DNA of 53,239 nucleotides from Solirubrobacterales bacterium (lineage in GTDB: Bacteria; Actinomycetota; Thermoleophilia; Solirubrobacterales; 70-9). The stretch is from NCBI GenBank assembly GCA_035712505.1, contig DASTAR010000024.1, forward strand, positions 1 to 53,239, written 5' to 3'. The translations under genes and the position numbers were made by a program. Positions 16,114-25,708 of this stretch are shown piece after piece (within the stretch, counting starts at the first letter, position 1; each line of letters opens with the position of its first letter). The notes under the pieces were generated by a model. The model worked only from the letters and a program-made list of their open reading frames with translations, searched no databases and was not told where the DNA came from.

Positions 16114-17201
16114 GCCTGCGCGAGCGCCACATCGCCGAAGTCTCCGGGCGGCTGCGGCAGCGCCTGATCGAGCGGCGGCGGGAGGAAGCGGCCGCGGGCG
16201 TTCGGTCCGGGGAGGGCATCGAGCAGGCGGTCGATCGCCTCGTCGAGGAGCAGGCCGCCGTCCTGCCCGCCGCGGCGCGGGAGGAGCTGGCGGCGCGGAT
16301 CGTCCGCGACAGCGTCGGCCTCGGTCCGCTCGAGGTGCTGCTGGCCGATCCGGCGGTCGAGGAGGTGATGGTCAACGGTCCCGCCCGCGTGTATGTGGAG
16401 CGGAGGGGCCTGCTCGAGGAGACCGACGTGCGCTTCGAGAGCGAGGAGGACCTGCGCAACGCGATCGAGCGGATCCTTGCTCCGCTCGGACGCCGCATCG
16501 ACGAGCTGAGCCCGATGGTCGACGCCAGGCTGGCCGACGGCTCGCGGGTCAACGTCGTGATCCCGCCGCTGGCGCTCGACGGGCCGGCGCTCTCGATCCG
16601 CCGCTTCGGCGCCAACCGTCCCTGCCCCGAGCGGCTGGTCGAGCTCGGGACGCTGAGCGAGGAGCAGCGGCGCCTGCTCGAAGCGGCGGTCGCGGCGCGG
16701 CGCAGCGTCCTCGTCAGCGGCGGTACCGGCTCGGGCAAGACGACGCTCTTGAACGCGCTTTCGAGCTTCATCGCCCCGGGCGAGCGGGTGGTGACGATCG
16801 AGGACGCGGCCGAGCTGCGGCTGCAGCAACCGCACGTGGTGCGGCTGGAGAGCCGGCCGGCTGGGGTCGAGGGGCGGGGAGAGGTGACGATCCGCGATCT
16901 GCTGCGCAACGCCCTGCGGATGCGGCCGGACCGGATCGTGATCGGCGAGGTCCGGGGCATCGAGGCGCTCGACCTGCTCGCCGCTCTCAACACCGGCCAT
17001 GACGGCGCCCTCTCGACCGTCCACGCCAACTCGCCCCGCGATGCCCTCAGCCGGCTCGAGACCCTGGCGCTGATGGCGGGTGTGGGGTTGCCGCACGCGG
17101 CGGTCGCCGAGCAGGTGCGGCGCGGGATCGACCTCGTCGTCCACCTGCAGCGACAGCCGGACGGCAGCCGCCGCGTCACCGAGATCGCCGAGGTCGGATG
17201 A
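16110..17201 (+). CDS. cpaF: Tad/Flp secretion ATPase CpaF/TadA
   Basis: Walker [16 protein letters not shown], Asp-box [10 protein letters not shown], His-box [12 protein letters not shown]. Short form of 363 aa. Confidence 0.9.
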   Translation: MSLRERHIAEVSGRLRQRLIERRREEAAAGVRSGEGIEQAVDRLVEEQAAVLPAAAREELAARIVRDSVGLGPLEVLLADPAVEEVMVNGPARVYVERRGLLEETDVRFESEEDLRNAIERILAPLGRRIDELSPMVDARLADGSRVNVVIPPLALDGPALSIRRFGANRPCPERLVELGTLSEEQRRLLEAAVAARRSVLVSGGTGSGKTTLLNALSSFIAPGERVVTIEDAAELRLQQPHVVRLESRPAGVEGRGEVTIRDLLRNALRMRPDRIVIGEVRGIEALDLLAALNTGHDGALSTVHANSPRDALSRLETLALMAGVGLPHAAVAEQVRRGIDLVVHLQRQPDGSRRVTEIAEVG

Positions 17202-18040
17202 GGGCGGCCGTCGCGATCGGGGCTGTGGCCGGCGGTCTGCTGGCGCTGGCGGCACGCGAGGCGGCGGTCGCGAGCCCGGCCGTTGCGAGCTGGATCCGCC
17301 TTGCGGTCGAGCCGCTGCGTCGGGCGGCCGAGGAGGGGTATGCGCCTACGTCGATGGAGCGCCGGCGGCTGGCGGGGCTGGCGACGCTCGCGGCGATCCT
17401 CGCCGGCTGGTTCCTCGGCGGATTCATCCTGGCGCTGCCGCTCGCCGTCGCCGGCCCGGCGGCGATGGGGTGGGCGATCGCGGCTCGACGGCGCCGCTAC
17501 CGCCGCGCCGTCGAGCGCTCGCTGCCGGAAGTGGCGACGGCGATCGCCGACTCGCTCAGCGCGGGTCGCTCTCTACGCGCCTCGCTGCCCGCCGCCGTCG
17601 CCTCGCTCGACGGGCCGCCGGCGATCGAGCTCGCGAGGCTGTCGGCGGAGCTCGACCTCGGGGCGCCTACGGTTGCGGTCATCCAGGACTGGCGCCGGCG
17701 GATGCGCTCGGAGCGGATCGACGCCTTCGCCGCCGCGCTGCTCAGCCAGCGCCTGGCGGGCGGCGACCTCGCCGGGCTGCTGCGCCGCTTCGCCGCCGGG
17801 GCGGCCGAGCGCGAGCGGGTGGCCGAGGATGCCCGCTCGGCGACGGCGCAGGCGCGCTTCACCGGCCTCCTGGTGGTGGCGATGCCGACCGGCGGCGCGC
17901 TCTTCGCCGAGCTGCTGCAGCCGGGGTTCCTGGCGACGCTGCTCGCCTCGCCGCCCGCGACGGTCCTCCTGGCGCTCGCCGCGGCCCTGCAGGTCGCCGG
18001 CTTCTTCGCGATCCGGCGCTTCTCGCAGGTGGTCGAGTGA
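17198..18040 (+). CDS. tadB: Tad secretion platform protein TadB (T2SSF domain)
   Basis: Polytopic membrane protein with a T2SSF-type cytoplasmic domain ([22 protein letters not shown]). Overlaps cpaF and tadC by 4 nt each. Confidence 0.75.
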   Translation: MRAAVAIGAVAGGLLALAAREAAVASPAVASWIRLAVEPLRRAAEEGYAPTSMERRRLAGLATLAAILAGWFLGGFILALPLAVAGPAAMGWAIAARRRRYRRAVERSLPEVATAIADSLSAGRSLRASLPAAVASLDGPPAIELARLSAELDLGAPTVAVIQDWRRRMRSERIDAFAAALLSQRLAGGDLAGLLRRFAAGAAERERVAEDARSATAQARFTGLLVVAMPTGGALFAELLQPGFLATLLASPPATVLLALAAALQVAGFFAIRRFSQVVE

Positions 18041-18756
18041 GCGGCAGCGGCCTGCTGGCGGCCCTGGCGGTCCTGCTCGCCGCGGCCGCTTCCCGCGACC
18101 TCTTTCGCGGGCACGGGATCCGCTTGCGGATGCCGAAGCTCTTGCTCGGCAAGCTGCTCGGCGCCGGCTGCGGAGCGCTGCTGGGTCTGGTCGCCTCCCC
18201 CGTGGCGCCGGGCCGGTTGTCTTTGCTCGTCCTCCTCGGACTTCCCACCGCCGGGTTCTTCCTCCCTAACGCGATTCTCGAGCGGCGGGCGCGGCAGCGG
18301 CAGCGGCGGCTGGTCGCGGCGCTGCCCGACGCCCTCGATCTGCTCGCCGTCAGCGCCGGCTCCGGCCGCGGCCCCGCCGCCGGGATCGAGCAGCTGGCGC
18401 GGGCGGGGGAGGGGCCGCTGGCGGAGGAGCTGCGGATCACCGTCGCCGAGCTCTCCTGCGGCCTGCCCCTGGGTGGCGCCCTCTCCTCGCTGCGCAGCCG
18501 GGTGCCCGGCAGCGAGCTGGCGACCCTCGTCGCCGCGATCGAACGCTCGCGCAGGTTCGGCTCCCCGCTGGCCGACCAGCTGCGGCGGCAGGCCACGGCC
18601 CTGCGCCGCGAAAGCCGCCGCACCGTCGAGGAGCGGGCGGCGCGAGCGGCGCCGAAGATCCAGCTCGTCGTCGCCCTCGTCCTCGTCCCCTCGGTCCTGC
18701 TGATGATCGCCGCCGGCCTGATCGCCAACGCCGGGACGCTGCTGGCCGGCTTCTGA
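18037..18756 (+). CDS. tadC: Tad secretion platform protein TadC (T2SSF domain)
   Basis: GTG start overlapping the tadB stop. LPDALDLLAVSAGSGRGPAAGIEQLA and a C-terminal TM pair are typical of TadC. Confidence 0.7.
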   Translation: MSGSGLLAALAVLLAAAASRDLFRGHGIRLRMPKLLLGKLLGAGCGALLGLVASPVAPGRLSLLVLLGLPTAGFFLPNAILERRARQRQRRLVAALPDALDLLAVSAGSGRGPAAGIEQLARAGEGPLAEELRITVAELSCGLPLGGALSSLRSRVPGSELATLVAAIERSRRFGSPLADQLRRQATALRRESRRTVEERAARAAPKIQLVVALVLVPSVLLMIAAGLIANAGTLLAGF

Positions 18757-18873
18757 GGGTCCCATCGCCGACTCGAAGGCCGCCGACGCCTTCTTTGAGA
18801 CTTATGCGTTTGCCGCCGCCGGGTGTGCGTCGGCCGCCTCAGGCACGGGCCGCAACCCACCCCGCCCTCGTCG

Positions 18874-18936
18874 ATGCAAATGGGGTTGCAAAGGGGGGTT
18901 GTGTTGCAAAGTGGGAGAGAGTGGGTTATTGTGGCG
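18874..18936 (+). promoter_or_regulatory. Candidate MraZ operator: direct repeats of (T)TGCAAAG(T/G)GGG / GTGGG
   Basis: gcaaatgggg, ttgcaaagggggg, ttgcaaagtggga, gagagtgggtt and attgtgg lie about 110-170 nt upstream of mraZ. MraZ is known to bind arrays of short G-rich direct repeats upstream of its own operon. Confidence 0.45.
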
Positions 18937-19042
18937 ATCGAGTTGAAGCCCAGGACCGGGGTGGTGAGGCTCCTCCCACCTCATCACTCCGGTCCATTTT
19001 CGTTTCGGTCTTTCGCCCCCCGTTGCAGAAAGGACTCGCGAG

Positions 19043-19486
19043 GTGGCCTTCCGGGGTCTCTACGAGCACAGCCTCGATTCCAAGGACCGGCTCACGGTCC
19101 CCTCTCGCTTCCGGGCTTCCCTCGCCGACGGCATCGTTCTCTCCAAGGGATTCGACCCCTGCGTCTGGGTGCACACGACCGGTGAGTTCGAGGAGCTGTC
19201 GGACCGCTTCCTCTCGCCGCACAGCCCCTTCGGGCGCGACGCCCGGGCCCTGCGCCGCCGCTTCCACGGCGGCTCCTTCGACGAGACGCTCGACTCCGCC
19301 GGGCGCATCCGCATCCCCAAGCCGCTGATCGACCACGCCGGCCTCGACGGCAATTGCGTGGTGATCGGGGCGGGGGAGTACCTGGAGATCTGGAACGCCG
19401 ACGCTTGGGCGAAGCAGGAGGAAGAGCTGGACGCCGCCGCCCCCGAGATCGCCGAGGGCCTGGCCGCCGCCGGCCCCGCCGCGTAA
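19043..19486 (+). CDS. mraZ: Transcriptional regulator MraZ
   Basis: Two SpoVT/AbrB-like DxxxR motifs (DSKDRLTVP, DSAGRIRIP). GTG start. First gene of the dcw cluster. Confidence 0.9.
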   Translation: MAFRGLYEHSLDSKDRLTVPSRFRASLADGIVLSKGFDPCVWVHTTGEFEELSDRFLSPHSPFGRDARALRRRFHGGSFDETLDSAGRIRIPKPLIDHAGLDGNCVVIGAGEYLEIWNADAWAKQEEELDAAAPEIAEGLAAAGPAA

Positions 19487-19537
19487 CCATGAGACTGCAT
19501 GCCGCCCTCAACCACCACGCCTACGCACCGCCACCAG

Positions 19538-19590
19538 TGCCGACGGGACGAAAACCGGTTACATGGACCGGTAATCGTCCCGTCAGCAGA
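19538..19590 (+). repeat. Family B hairpin element, copy B3 (variant loop)
   Basis: gtgccgacgggacgaaaaccggttacatggaccggtaatcgtcccgtcagcag. Same outer arms as B1/B2. The loop carries its own accggt...accggt stem. Located in the mraZ-rsmH spacer. Confidence 0.9.
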
Positions 19591-19623
19591 GATGGGCGGA
19601 CGCTCAGTCCTCTCGAGGTCGTC

Positions 19624-20574
19624 ATGAGCGAGCACGAGCCTGTGCTGGCGCCGGAGCTGGTGTCGCTCTTGGCGCCGGAGCCGGGGCAGATCGCCGTCGA
19701 TTGCACCTTCGGCGGCGGCGGGCACGCGCGGCTGATCGCCGAGCTGCTCGGGCCGGAGGGGACGCTGATCGGGATCGACCGCGACCCCGCCACCCAGGAC
19801 CGCTTCAACCGCTTCGCCGCCGAGGTCGCCTGCCGGACCCTGTTCATCAGCTCCGACTTCGCAGCAGGACTTCGCGCCTTGCAAGGCGAAGGAGTGCGCC
19901 CAGACATGGTTTATGTAGATCTGGGGATGTCCTCGATGCAGGTGGACGCGTTCGAGCGGGGTTTCTCCTATTCCTACGACGCGCCGCTCGACATGCGGAT
20001 GGACACGCGGCAGGAGTTCACCGCCGCCGATCTCGTCAACGAGTGGCCGGAGGCGCGGATCGCCCAGGTCCTGCGGCGCTTCGGCGAGGAGCGGTTCGCC
20101 GGCGGGATCGCCCGCGAGATCTGCAGGCGCCGCCCGCTCTCGACCACTTCCGAGCTGGTCGAGGCGATCAAAGCCGGGATGCCGGCTTCGGCCCGCTTCG
20201 GCGCCGGCCACCCGGCCAAGCGCAGCTTCCAGGCGATCCGGATCGCCGTCAACGGCGAGCTCGAGGCGCTGGAGGAAGCGCTGCCGCTCGCCTGGTCGCA
20301 GCTGAAGGTCGGCGGCCGCTTCGCGGCGATCTCCTTCCACTCGCTCGAGGACCGTCCGGTGAAGCAGTTCCTCGCCGCCAAGGCGCGCGGCTGCGTCTGC
20401 CCGCCGGAGCTTCCGGTCTGCGTCTGCGGCCACGAGCCCGAGGCCGAGCTGCTGACCCGGCGGGCGATCTCGCCGGGCCCGGAGGAGGCGGAGCGCAACC
20501 CGCGCTCACGCTCGGCCCACCTGCGCGCGGTGCTGAAGGTCGCCGAGACCCAGCCTGCGGGGGAGGCCGGCTGA
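19624..20574 (+). CDS. rsmH: 16S rRNA (cytosine1402-N4)-methyltransferase
   Basis: HEPVLAPELVSLL...AVDCTFGGGGHA and SFHSLEDRPVK motifs. Start taken at ATG 19624. Confidence 0.9.
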   Translation: MSEHEPVLAPELVSLLAPEPGQIAVDCTFGGGGHARLIAELLGPEGTLIGIDRDPATQDRFNRFAAEVACRTLFISSDFAAGLRALQGEGVRPDMVYVDLGMSSMQVDAFERGFSYSYDAPLDMRMDTRQEFTAADLVNEWPEARIAQVLRRFGEERFAGGIAREICRRRPLSTTSELVEAIKAGMPASARFGAGHPAKRSFQAIRIAVNGELEALEEALPLAWSQLKVGGRFAAISFHSLEDRPVKQFLAAKARGCVCPPELPVCVCGHEPEAELLTRRAISPGPEEAERNPRSRSAHLRAVLKVAETQPAGEAG

Positions 20575-21143
20575 TGGCCGTCGCCGTCCCCAGGGGCCGC
20601 ACGGCGCCGGCGCCGCGGCCGTCGCGCACGACGGCGCCCGCCGGCCCCAAGGGACCGGCGCGCAAACCAACCCGCTCGCGCAGCGTCGCCGCGCCGGCGA
20701 AGGCGCCTGTCCGCCGCGCGCCCGCCCGCAGGCCGGCGACGAAACGCGCCCCCGCCGCCCGTCCCAAGCTTGCCGTGGTCGCCGGCCGCACCGCTGGCGC
20801 CGTCCGCGGGCTGCCGGACTCGAGCCTGGTCGTGCGGATGACCCAGGGGCGGCTCTGGATCGGCGTCCTCGGCGTCCTCCTGGTCGGGATCGTCGCCCTG
20901 AACGTCGCCACCCTCAGCTTCGCCTCCGCCGCCGGCAAGGTCGACCAGCAGATAACGGCGCTGGAAAAGGAGAACTCGATGCTGGAAAGCCGCGAGGCCG
21001 AGCGCTTCAGCACCGCCCGCATCCGCGGCGAGGCCGGCGAACTCGGGCTGGCGATGTCGAACAGCGAAGAGCCGAGGCTGATCGAATACGAGCGGGGCGA
21101 TGTCGCCACCGCGGCCGCCCGCCTCGCCGCCGCCGGAGGTTGA
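20574..21143 (+). CDS. ftsL: FtsL-like septation protein (basic Pro-rich tail, one TM, coiled coil)
   Basis: Position between rsmH and ftsI. TM helix LWIGVLGVLLVGIVALNVATL followed by a coiled segment (QQITALEKENSMLESREAE). Confidence 0.6.
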   Translation: MAVAVPRGRTAPAPRPSRTTAPAGPKGPARKPTRSRSVAAPAKAPVRRAPARRPATKRAPAARPKLAVVAGRTAGAVRGLPDSSLVVRMTQGRLWIGVLGVLLVGIVALNVATLSFASAAGKVDQQITALEKENSMLESREAERFSTARIRGEAGELGLAMSNSEEPRLIEYERGDVATAAARLAAAGG

Positions 21144-21181
21144 CCTGGCCTCGTGTCCGACCATCTAGGGACGATTCGCTG

Positions 21182-22834
21182 ATGCGCTTGATCGAGCGGC
21201 GGATCGGGCTCCTCTTCGGCGGCTTCCTGCTCTGCTTCCTCGTCATCGTCGTCCGTGCCTTCTGGCTGCAGGGCGTGCAGGGGTCCCAGCTCGCCTCCGA
21301 GGCCGCCTACCAGCACTCCGAGGTCGTCACCGTCCCCGGCCTGCGCGGCGACCTGCTCGACCGGCGCGGCAACAAGCTCGCCGCCTCCGAAGACGCGGCG
21401 ACGATCTACGCCACGCCCTACCAGGTCGAAGACGCGCCGCAGGCGGCCGCCAAGCTGGCGCCGATCCTGAAGGAGAAGAAGGGGGAAGTCCTGGAAGCGC
21501 TGAGCGCCGAAGGCGGCTTCTCCTACGTCGCCCAGAAGGTCGACCTCAGCACGGCCGCGAAGGTCGAAGCGCTCGAACTGGAAGGGATCGGCGAGCTGCC
21601 CGACAGCCGCCGCACCTACCCGCAGGGGGAGATGGCGGGACAGGTGATCGGCGCCGTCGGCTCCGAAAACCAGGGCCTGACCGGCCTCGAGCAGGGTGAG
21701 GAAGCAGTGCTCGCGGGCAGCAACGGCGAACAGCGCCTCGTCAACGACGCCCTCGGCGAACCGATCCGCACGGAAACCGTGCACGAAGCCGAAGACGGCG
21801 AAGACGTCGAACTCACGCTCGATCCGGTGATCCAGCGCGAAACCGAACGGGTGCTCAACGGCGTCGGCGAAACGTACACGCCGACCGGGGCGACGGCGAT
21901 CGTCGTCGACCCCCGCAGCTCCCAGGTGCTGGCGATGGCGAACTGGCCGCCGGTCGACCCCGAAGACCTCTCCGAAGTCAGCAACGAAGACCTGCTCAAC
22001 AAGGCCACCGGGTTCACCTACGAGCCCGGCTCGACCTTCAAGGCGTTCACGGTCTCGGCGGCGCTGGAAGAAAAACTGGTGACGCCGCAGACGGAATTCA
22101 CGCTTGAACCGCAGCTCCACGTCGCCGACCGGACGATCGAAGACGCCGAGCCGCGCGGCACCGAAACGATGAGCGTGGAAACGATCCTCGCCCGTTCCTC
22201 CAATGTGGGGGCGGTGACGATCGGGCTTCTCGTCGGCGCCGAAAAATTCAGCGAATGGATCGCGCGCTTTGGTTTCGGCAAACCGACCGGGGTGCAGTTC
22301 CCCGCCGAGGAGCGGGGGATCGTCCCGGCGCTCGACGAATACTCGGGCTCGACGATGGGCAACCTGCCGATGGGGCAGGGGCTGTCGGTGACGCCGATGC
22401 AGATGGTCGCCGGCTACACGGCGATCGCCGACGGCGGCATCCTGAAGCCGCCGCAGCTGATCAAGCGGATCGGCGAAGAAAAGATCAACGAGCCGAGGGG
22501 CAAGCGGGTGATCAAGCCCGAAGTCGCCTCGGAGGTGCGGGAAATGCTCGAGGGCGTGCTGGCGGCAGGCGGCACCGCCTCGGAGGTCAGCGTCCCCGGC
22601 TACACCCTGGCGGGGAAGACCGGAACCGCCCAGGTCGCCGAAAACGGCACCTATTCGGAAACCAGGTACGTCGCTTCCTTCATCGGCTTCGCCCCGGCGC
22701 AGAACCCGCAGTTCCTCTGCGCGGTGATCGTCGACGAACCGCAGGGGGAAATCTACGGCGGCTCGGTGGCGGCGCCGGCCTTCGGGCAGATCGCCGAATT
22801 CGCCCTGCCGTACCTCGGGGTGCCGCAGGAATGA
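21182..22834 (+). CDS. ftsI: Peptidoglycan D,D-transpeptidase FtsI (class B PBP)
   Basis: STFK (GSTFKAF), SSN (RSSNVG) and KTGT (GKTGTAQ) motifs. N-terminal TM helix. Alternative TTG start at 21140. Confidence 0.9.
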   Translation: MRLIERRIGLLFGGFLLCFLVIVVRAFWLQGVQGSQLASEAAYQHSEVVTVPGLRGDLLDRRGNKLAASEDAATIYATPYQVEDAPQAAAKLAPILKEKKGEVLEALSAEGGFSYVAQKVDLSTAAKVEALELEGIGELPDSRRTYPQGEMAGQVIGAVGSENQGLTGLEQGEEAVLAGSNGEQRLVNDALGEPIRTETVHEAEDGEDVELTLDPVIQRETERVLNGVGETYTPTGATAIVVDPRSSQVLAMANWPPVDPEDLSEVSNEDLLNKATGFTYEPGSTFKAFTVSAALEEKLVTPQTEFTLEPQLHVADRTIEDAEPRGTETMSVETILARSSNVGAVTIGLLVGAEKFSEWIARFGFGKPTGVQFPAEERGIVPALDEYSGSTMGNLPMGQGLSVTPMQMVAGYTAIADGGILKPPQLIKRIGEEKINEPRGKRVIKPEVASEVREMLEGVLAAGGTASEVSVPGYTLAGKTGTAQVAENGTYSETRYVASFIGFAPAQNPQFLCAVIVDEPQGEIYGGSVAAPAFGQIAEFALPYLGVPQE

Positions 22835-22889
22835 CTTTGTCGGGGGATGGGGACGGGTACCCCTCCCCAGACCTAGACTCCCTTCGCGA

Positions 22890-24341
22890 ATGAGACTGGA
22901 AGAGCTTGTCTCAGAGCTTCCCGGGGCGCGGGTCGTTGGGGATGCCACCGTAGAGGTGGGGGGTCTCGAGTACGACAGTCGCAAGGTTGATCCGGGATCG
23001 CTGTTTTTCTGCGTGGTCGGGGAGAAGGTCGATGGGCACGAGTTCGGGCTGCGGGTGGTTGCGGAGGGGGCGGCGGCGCTTGTCGTTGAGCGGGAGCTGA
23101 CTGAATTGGCGGTGCCGCAGGTGGTGGTCGAGAGCTCGCGGGCGGCGATGGCGCCGCTGGCGGCGCGGTTCTGGGGCGATCCGACCGCGCAGCTGCGGGT
23201 CGTGGGGGTTACCGGGACCAACGGGAAGACGACCACCGCCTTCCTCGTCCGCGAGATCCTCCAGGCGGCCGATTTTCGCTGCGGGTTGCTGGGGACCGTG
23301 AAGCAGGTCGTCGGCGGCGTGGAGAAGGAAGTGGTGCGGACGACGCCGGAGGCGATCGAGCTGCAGCGGACCTTCCGCCAGATGCTCGAGGGAGGCGACG
23401 AAGCGTGCGCGATGGAGGTCTCCTCGCACGCGCTCTCGCTGCACCGGGCCGACGCGATCCACTTCGAGGTCGCCCTCTTCACCAACCTCACCCAGGACCA
23501 CCTCGATTTCCATGCCGACATGGAGGACTACTTCCTCGCCAAGCGCAAGCTCTTCGAGATGGGGCCGGGGACGCGGATCGTCAACGTCGACGACCCCTAC
23601 GGGCGCCGCCTGGCCGGGGAATTCGAGTGCGTCACCTTCTCGGCCGAGGGCGCCGAGGCCGACTACAGAGCCCGCGAGGTCGAGTTCGACGCTTCGGGGG
23701 CGAGCTTCAGCCTCGGCGGGATGCGGTTGCGGACGGCGCTGCCCGGCCACTTCAACGTCGCCAACGCCCTCGCTGCGTTCGCCGCCGCCGAGGCGCTCGG
23801 GGTCGGCGGCGACATCGCCGCCGCCGGCCTGGCCCGGGCGGCGCGGGTGCCGGGGCGGTTCGAGCCGATCGACGAGGGGCAGGGGTTCGGCGTCCTCGTC
23901 GACTACGCGCACACGCCGGACTCGCTGGAGAACGTGTTGCGGGCGGCGCGGCGCCTCACCGAGGGGAAGCTGATCTCGGTCTTCGGCGCCGGCGGCGACC
24001 GCGACCGCGACAAGCGCCCGAAGATGGGCCGCGCCGGCGCCGAGCTCTCGGACCTGACGGTGATCACCTCCGACAACCCGCGCTCCGAGGACCCGGAGGC
24101 GATCGTCGCCGAAGTCGCGGCCGGGGCCGAGGATGCCGGAGGCGCATCGGCCCTCGAGGTCGTCGTCGACCGGCGGACGGCGATCGCGCTGGCGCTGGGC
24201 CGGGCGCAGCCGGGCGACACCGTCGTCATCGCCGGCAAGGGACACGAGCAGGGGCAGGAGTTCGAGGACGGGCGGAAGGTTCCCTTCGACGACCGCGAGG
24301 TGGCACGCGAGGAGCTCTGGAAGCTGGGAACCCCGGCGTGA
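22890..24341 (+). CDS. murE: UDP-N-acetylmuramoyl-tripeptide synthetase MurE
   Basis: Mur ligase P-loop VTGTNGKTTTAFL. Position after ftsI. 483 aa. Confidence 0.9.
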   Translation: MRLEELVSELPGARVVGDATVEVGGLEYDSRKVDPGSLFFCVVGEKVDGHEFGLRVVAEGAAALVVERELTELAVPQVVVESSRAAMAPLAARFWGDPTAQLRVVGVTGTNGKTTTAFLVREILQAADFRCGLLGTVKQVVGGVEKEVVRTTPEAIELQRTFRQMLEGGDEACAMEVSSHALSLHRADAIHFEVALFTNLTQDHLDFHADMEDYFLAKRKLFEMGPGTRIVNVDDPYGRRLAGEFECVTFSAEGAEADYRAREVEFDASGASFSLGGMRLRTALPGHFNVANALAAFAAAEALGVGGDIAAAGLARAARVPGRFEPIDEGQGFGVLVDYAHTPDSLENVLRAARRLTEGKLISVFGAGGDRDRDKRPKMGRAGAELSDLTVITSDNPRSEDPEAIVAEVAAGAEDAGGASALEVVVDRRTAIALALGRAQPGDTVVIAGKGHEQGQEFEDGRKVPFDDREVAREELWKLGTPA

Positions 24342-25708
24342 ACCTCTCGCCGGGGCAGATCGCCGCCGCGCTGGGAGCGGAGGTGGCGGCCGAGGGGCCG
24401 GCCGAGTCCCCCCGCCGGGCGACGATCGACTCGGCCGAGGCGGGACCGGGCGACCTCTTCTTCGGCCTGCGCGGCGAGAAGCGCGACGGCGGCGAGTTCG
24501 CGGGCGTCGCGCTCGAGGCCGGCGCCTGGGGCGCCGTCGTCTCACCTGGCTGGCGTTCGTCTCTTCTCGCCCAGGGGGCGAAAAAGGACGAACGCCGCGC
24601 CTGGGCCTTCGTCGTCGAGGATCCGCTGGCGGCGATGCAGGCGCTGGCGCGGGCCTACCGGCGCGCGCTCGGGGCGCAGGTGGTCGGCGTCACCGGCTCG
24701 GTCGGCAAGACCTCGGTCAAGGACATCGCCAAGGCGCTGCTGCCGGGCAGGGTCCACGCCAACCCGCAGAACTTCAACACCGAGATCGGGCTGCCGCTGA
24801 CCATCCTCGCAGCCCCCGCGGACGCCGACGTCCTCGTGCTGGAGATGGCGATGCGGGGGAGGGGGCAGATCGCCGAGCTCGCCGCGATCGCCGAGCCAGG
24901 GGTCGCGGTGATCACCAACGTCGGCCCGGTCCACGTCGAGCTGCTCGGCTCGATCGAGGCGATCGCGGCGGCCAAGGCCGAGATCCTCGACGACCTGCCG
25001 CCGGATGGGACCGCGGTGGCGCCGGTCGAGGCAGGCGTGCTGGAGCCGCACCTGGAGCGGGCGCCGAGGCTGCTGCGCTTCGGCCGCGGCGGCGACGTCG
25101 AGGCGACCGAGGTGGGGATCGAAGACGGCGTTACCGCCGCTCTCGTCCGCACGCCCCTCGGCAGCCGGCGTTTCCACTTTCCCTTCACCGAGGCGCACAA
25201 CCTGACCAACGCGCTGGCAGCGATCGCCGCCGGCGTCGCCCTCGAGGCCGATCTCGCCGCAATGGCCGACCGCGCTGCGGACATAGGATTCTCCCGCTTC
25301 CGCGGGGAGCGACTGGAGCTACCCGGCGGCATCGTCCTCGTGAACGACTGCTACAACGCCAACCCGGTGTCGATGCGCGCGGCGCTCGACCATCTCGGCA
25401 CCCTCGGTGCCGAGCGCTCGGTCGCGGTGCTGGGCGAGATGGGCGAGCTGGGACCCGACTCGCCGCGCTACCACCGCGAGGTCGGCGAGCACGCCCGCGC
25501 CGCCGGGATCGACTTCATCGTCGGCGTCGGCCTGCCGGCCCGCGATTACGATCCTGACGAGCTCGTCGCCGACCCCGGCGAGGCCGCCGAGCTGCTGGCG
25601 GCGCGCCTGGAGCCCGGCGACGCCGTCCTCGTCAAGGGCTCGCGCTCGGCCGGGCTCGAGGCGGTCGCCGAGCAGCTGCCGGAGCTGGTGGAGGTCGGCG
25701 ATGGGTGA
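24338..25708 (+). CDS. murF: UDP-MurNAc-pentapeptide synthetase MurF
   Basis: GTG start overlapping the murE stop. P-loop VTGSVGKTSVKD. Position before mraY. Confidence 0.85.
   Translation: MNLSPGQIAAALGAEVAAEGPAESPRRATIDSAEAGPGDLFFGLRGEKRDGGEFAGVALEAGAWGAVVSPGWRSSLLAQGAKKDERRAWAFVVEDPLAAMQALARAYRRALGAQVVGVTGSVGKTSVKDIAKALLPGRVHANPQNFNTEIGLPLTILAAPADADVLVLEMAMRGRGQIAELAAIAEPGVAVITNVGPVHVELLGSIEAIAAAKAEILDDLPPDGTAVAPVEAGVLEPHLERAPRLLRFGRGGDVEATEVGIEDGVTAALVRTPLGSRRFHFPFTEAHNLTNALAAIAAGVALEADLAAMADRAADIGFSRFRGERLELPGGIVLVNDCYNANPVSMRAALDHLGTLGAERSVAVLGEMGELGPDSPRYHREVGEHARAAGIDFIVGVGLPARDYDPDELVADPGEAAELLAARLEPGDAVLVKGSRSAGLEAVAEQLPELVEVGDG

Noticed and set aside
22846-22872. Short hairpin ggggacgggtacccctcccc in the ftsI-murE spacer, considered as a separate Family E member.
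   Set aside because: It shares only short G/C-rich words with the H1 arms and has a different arrangement. It is mentioned under Family E but is not solid enough for its own feature.
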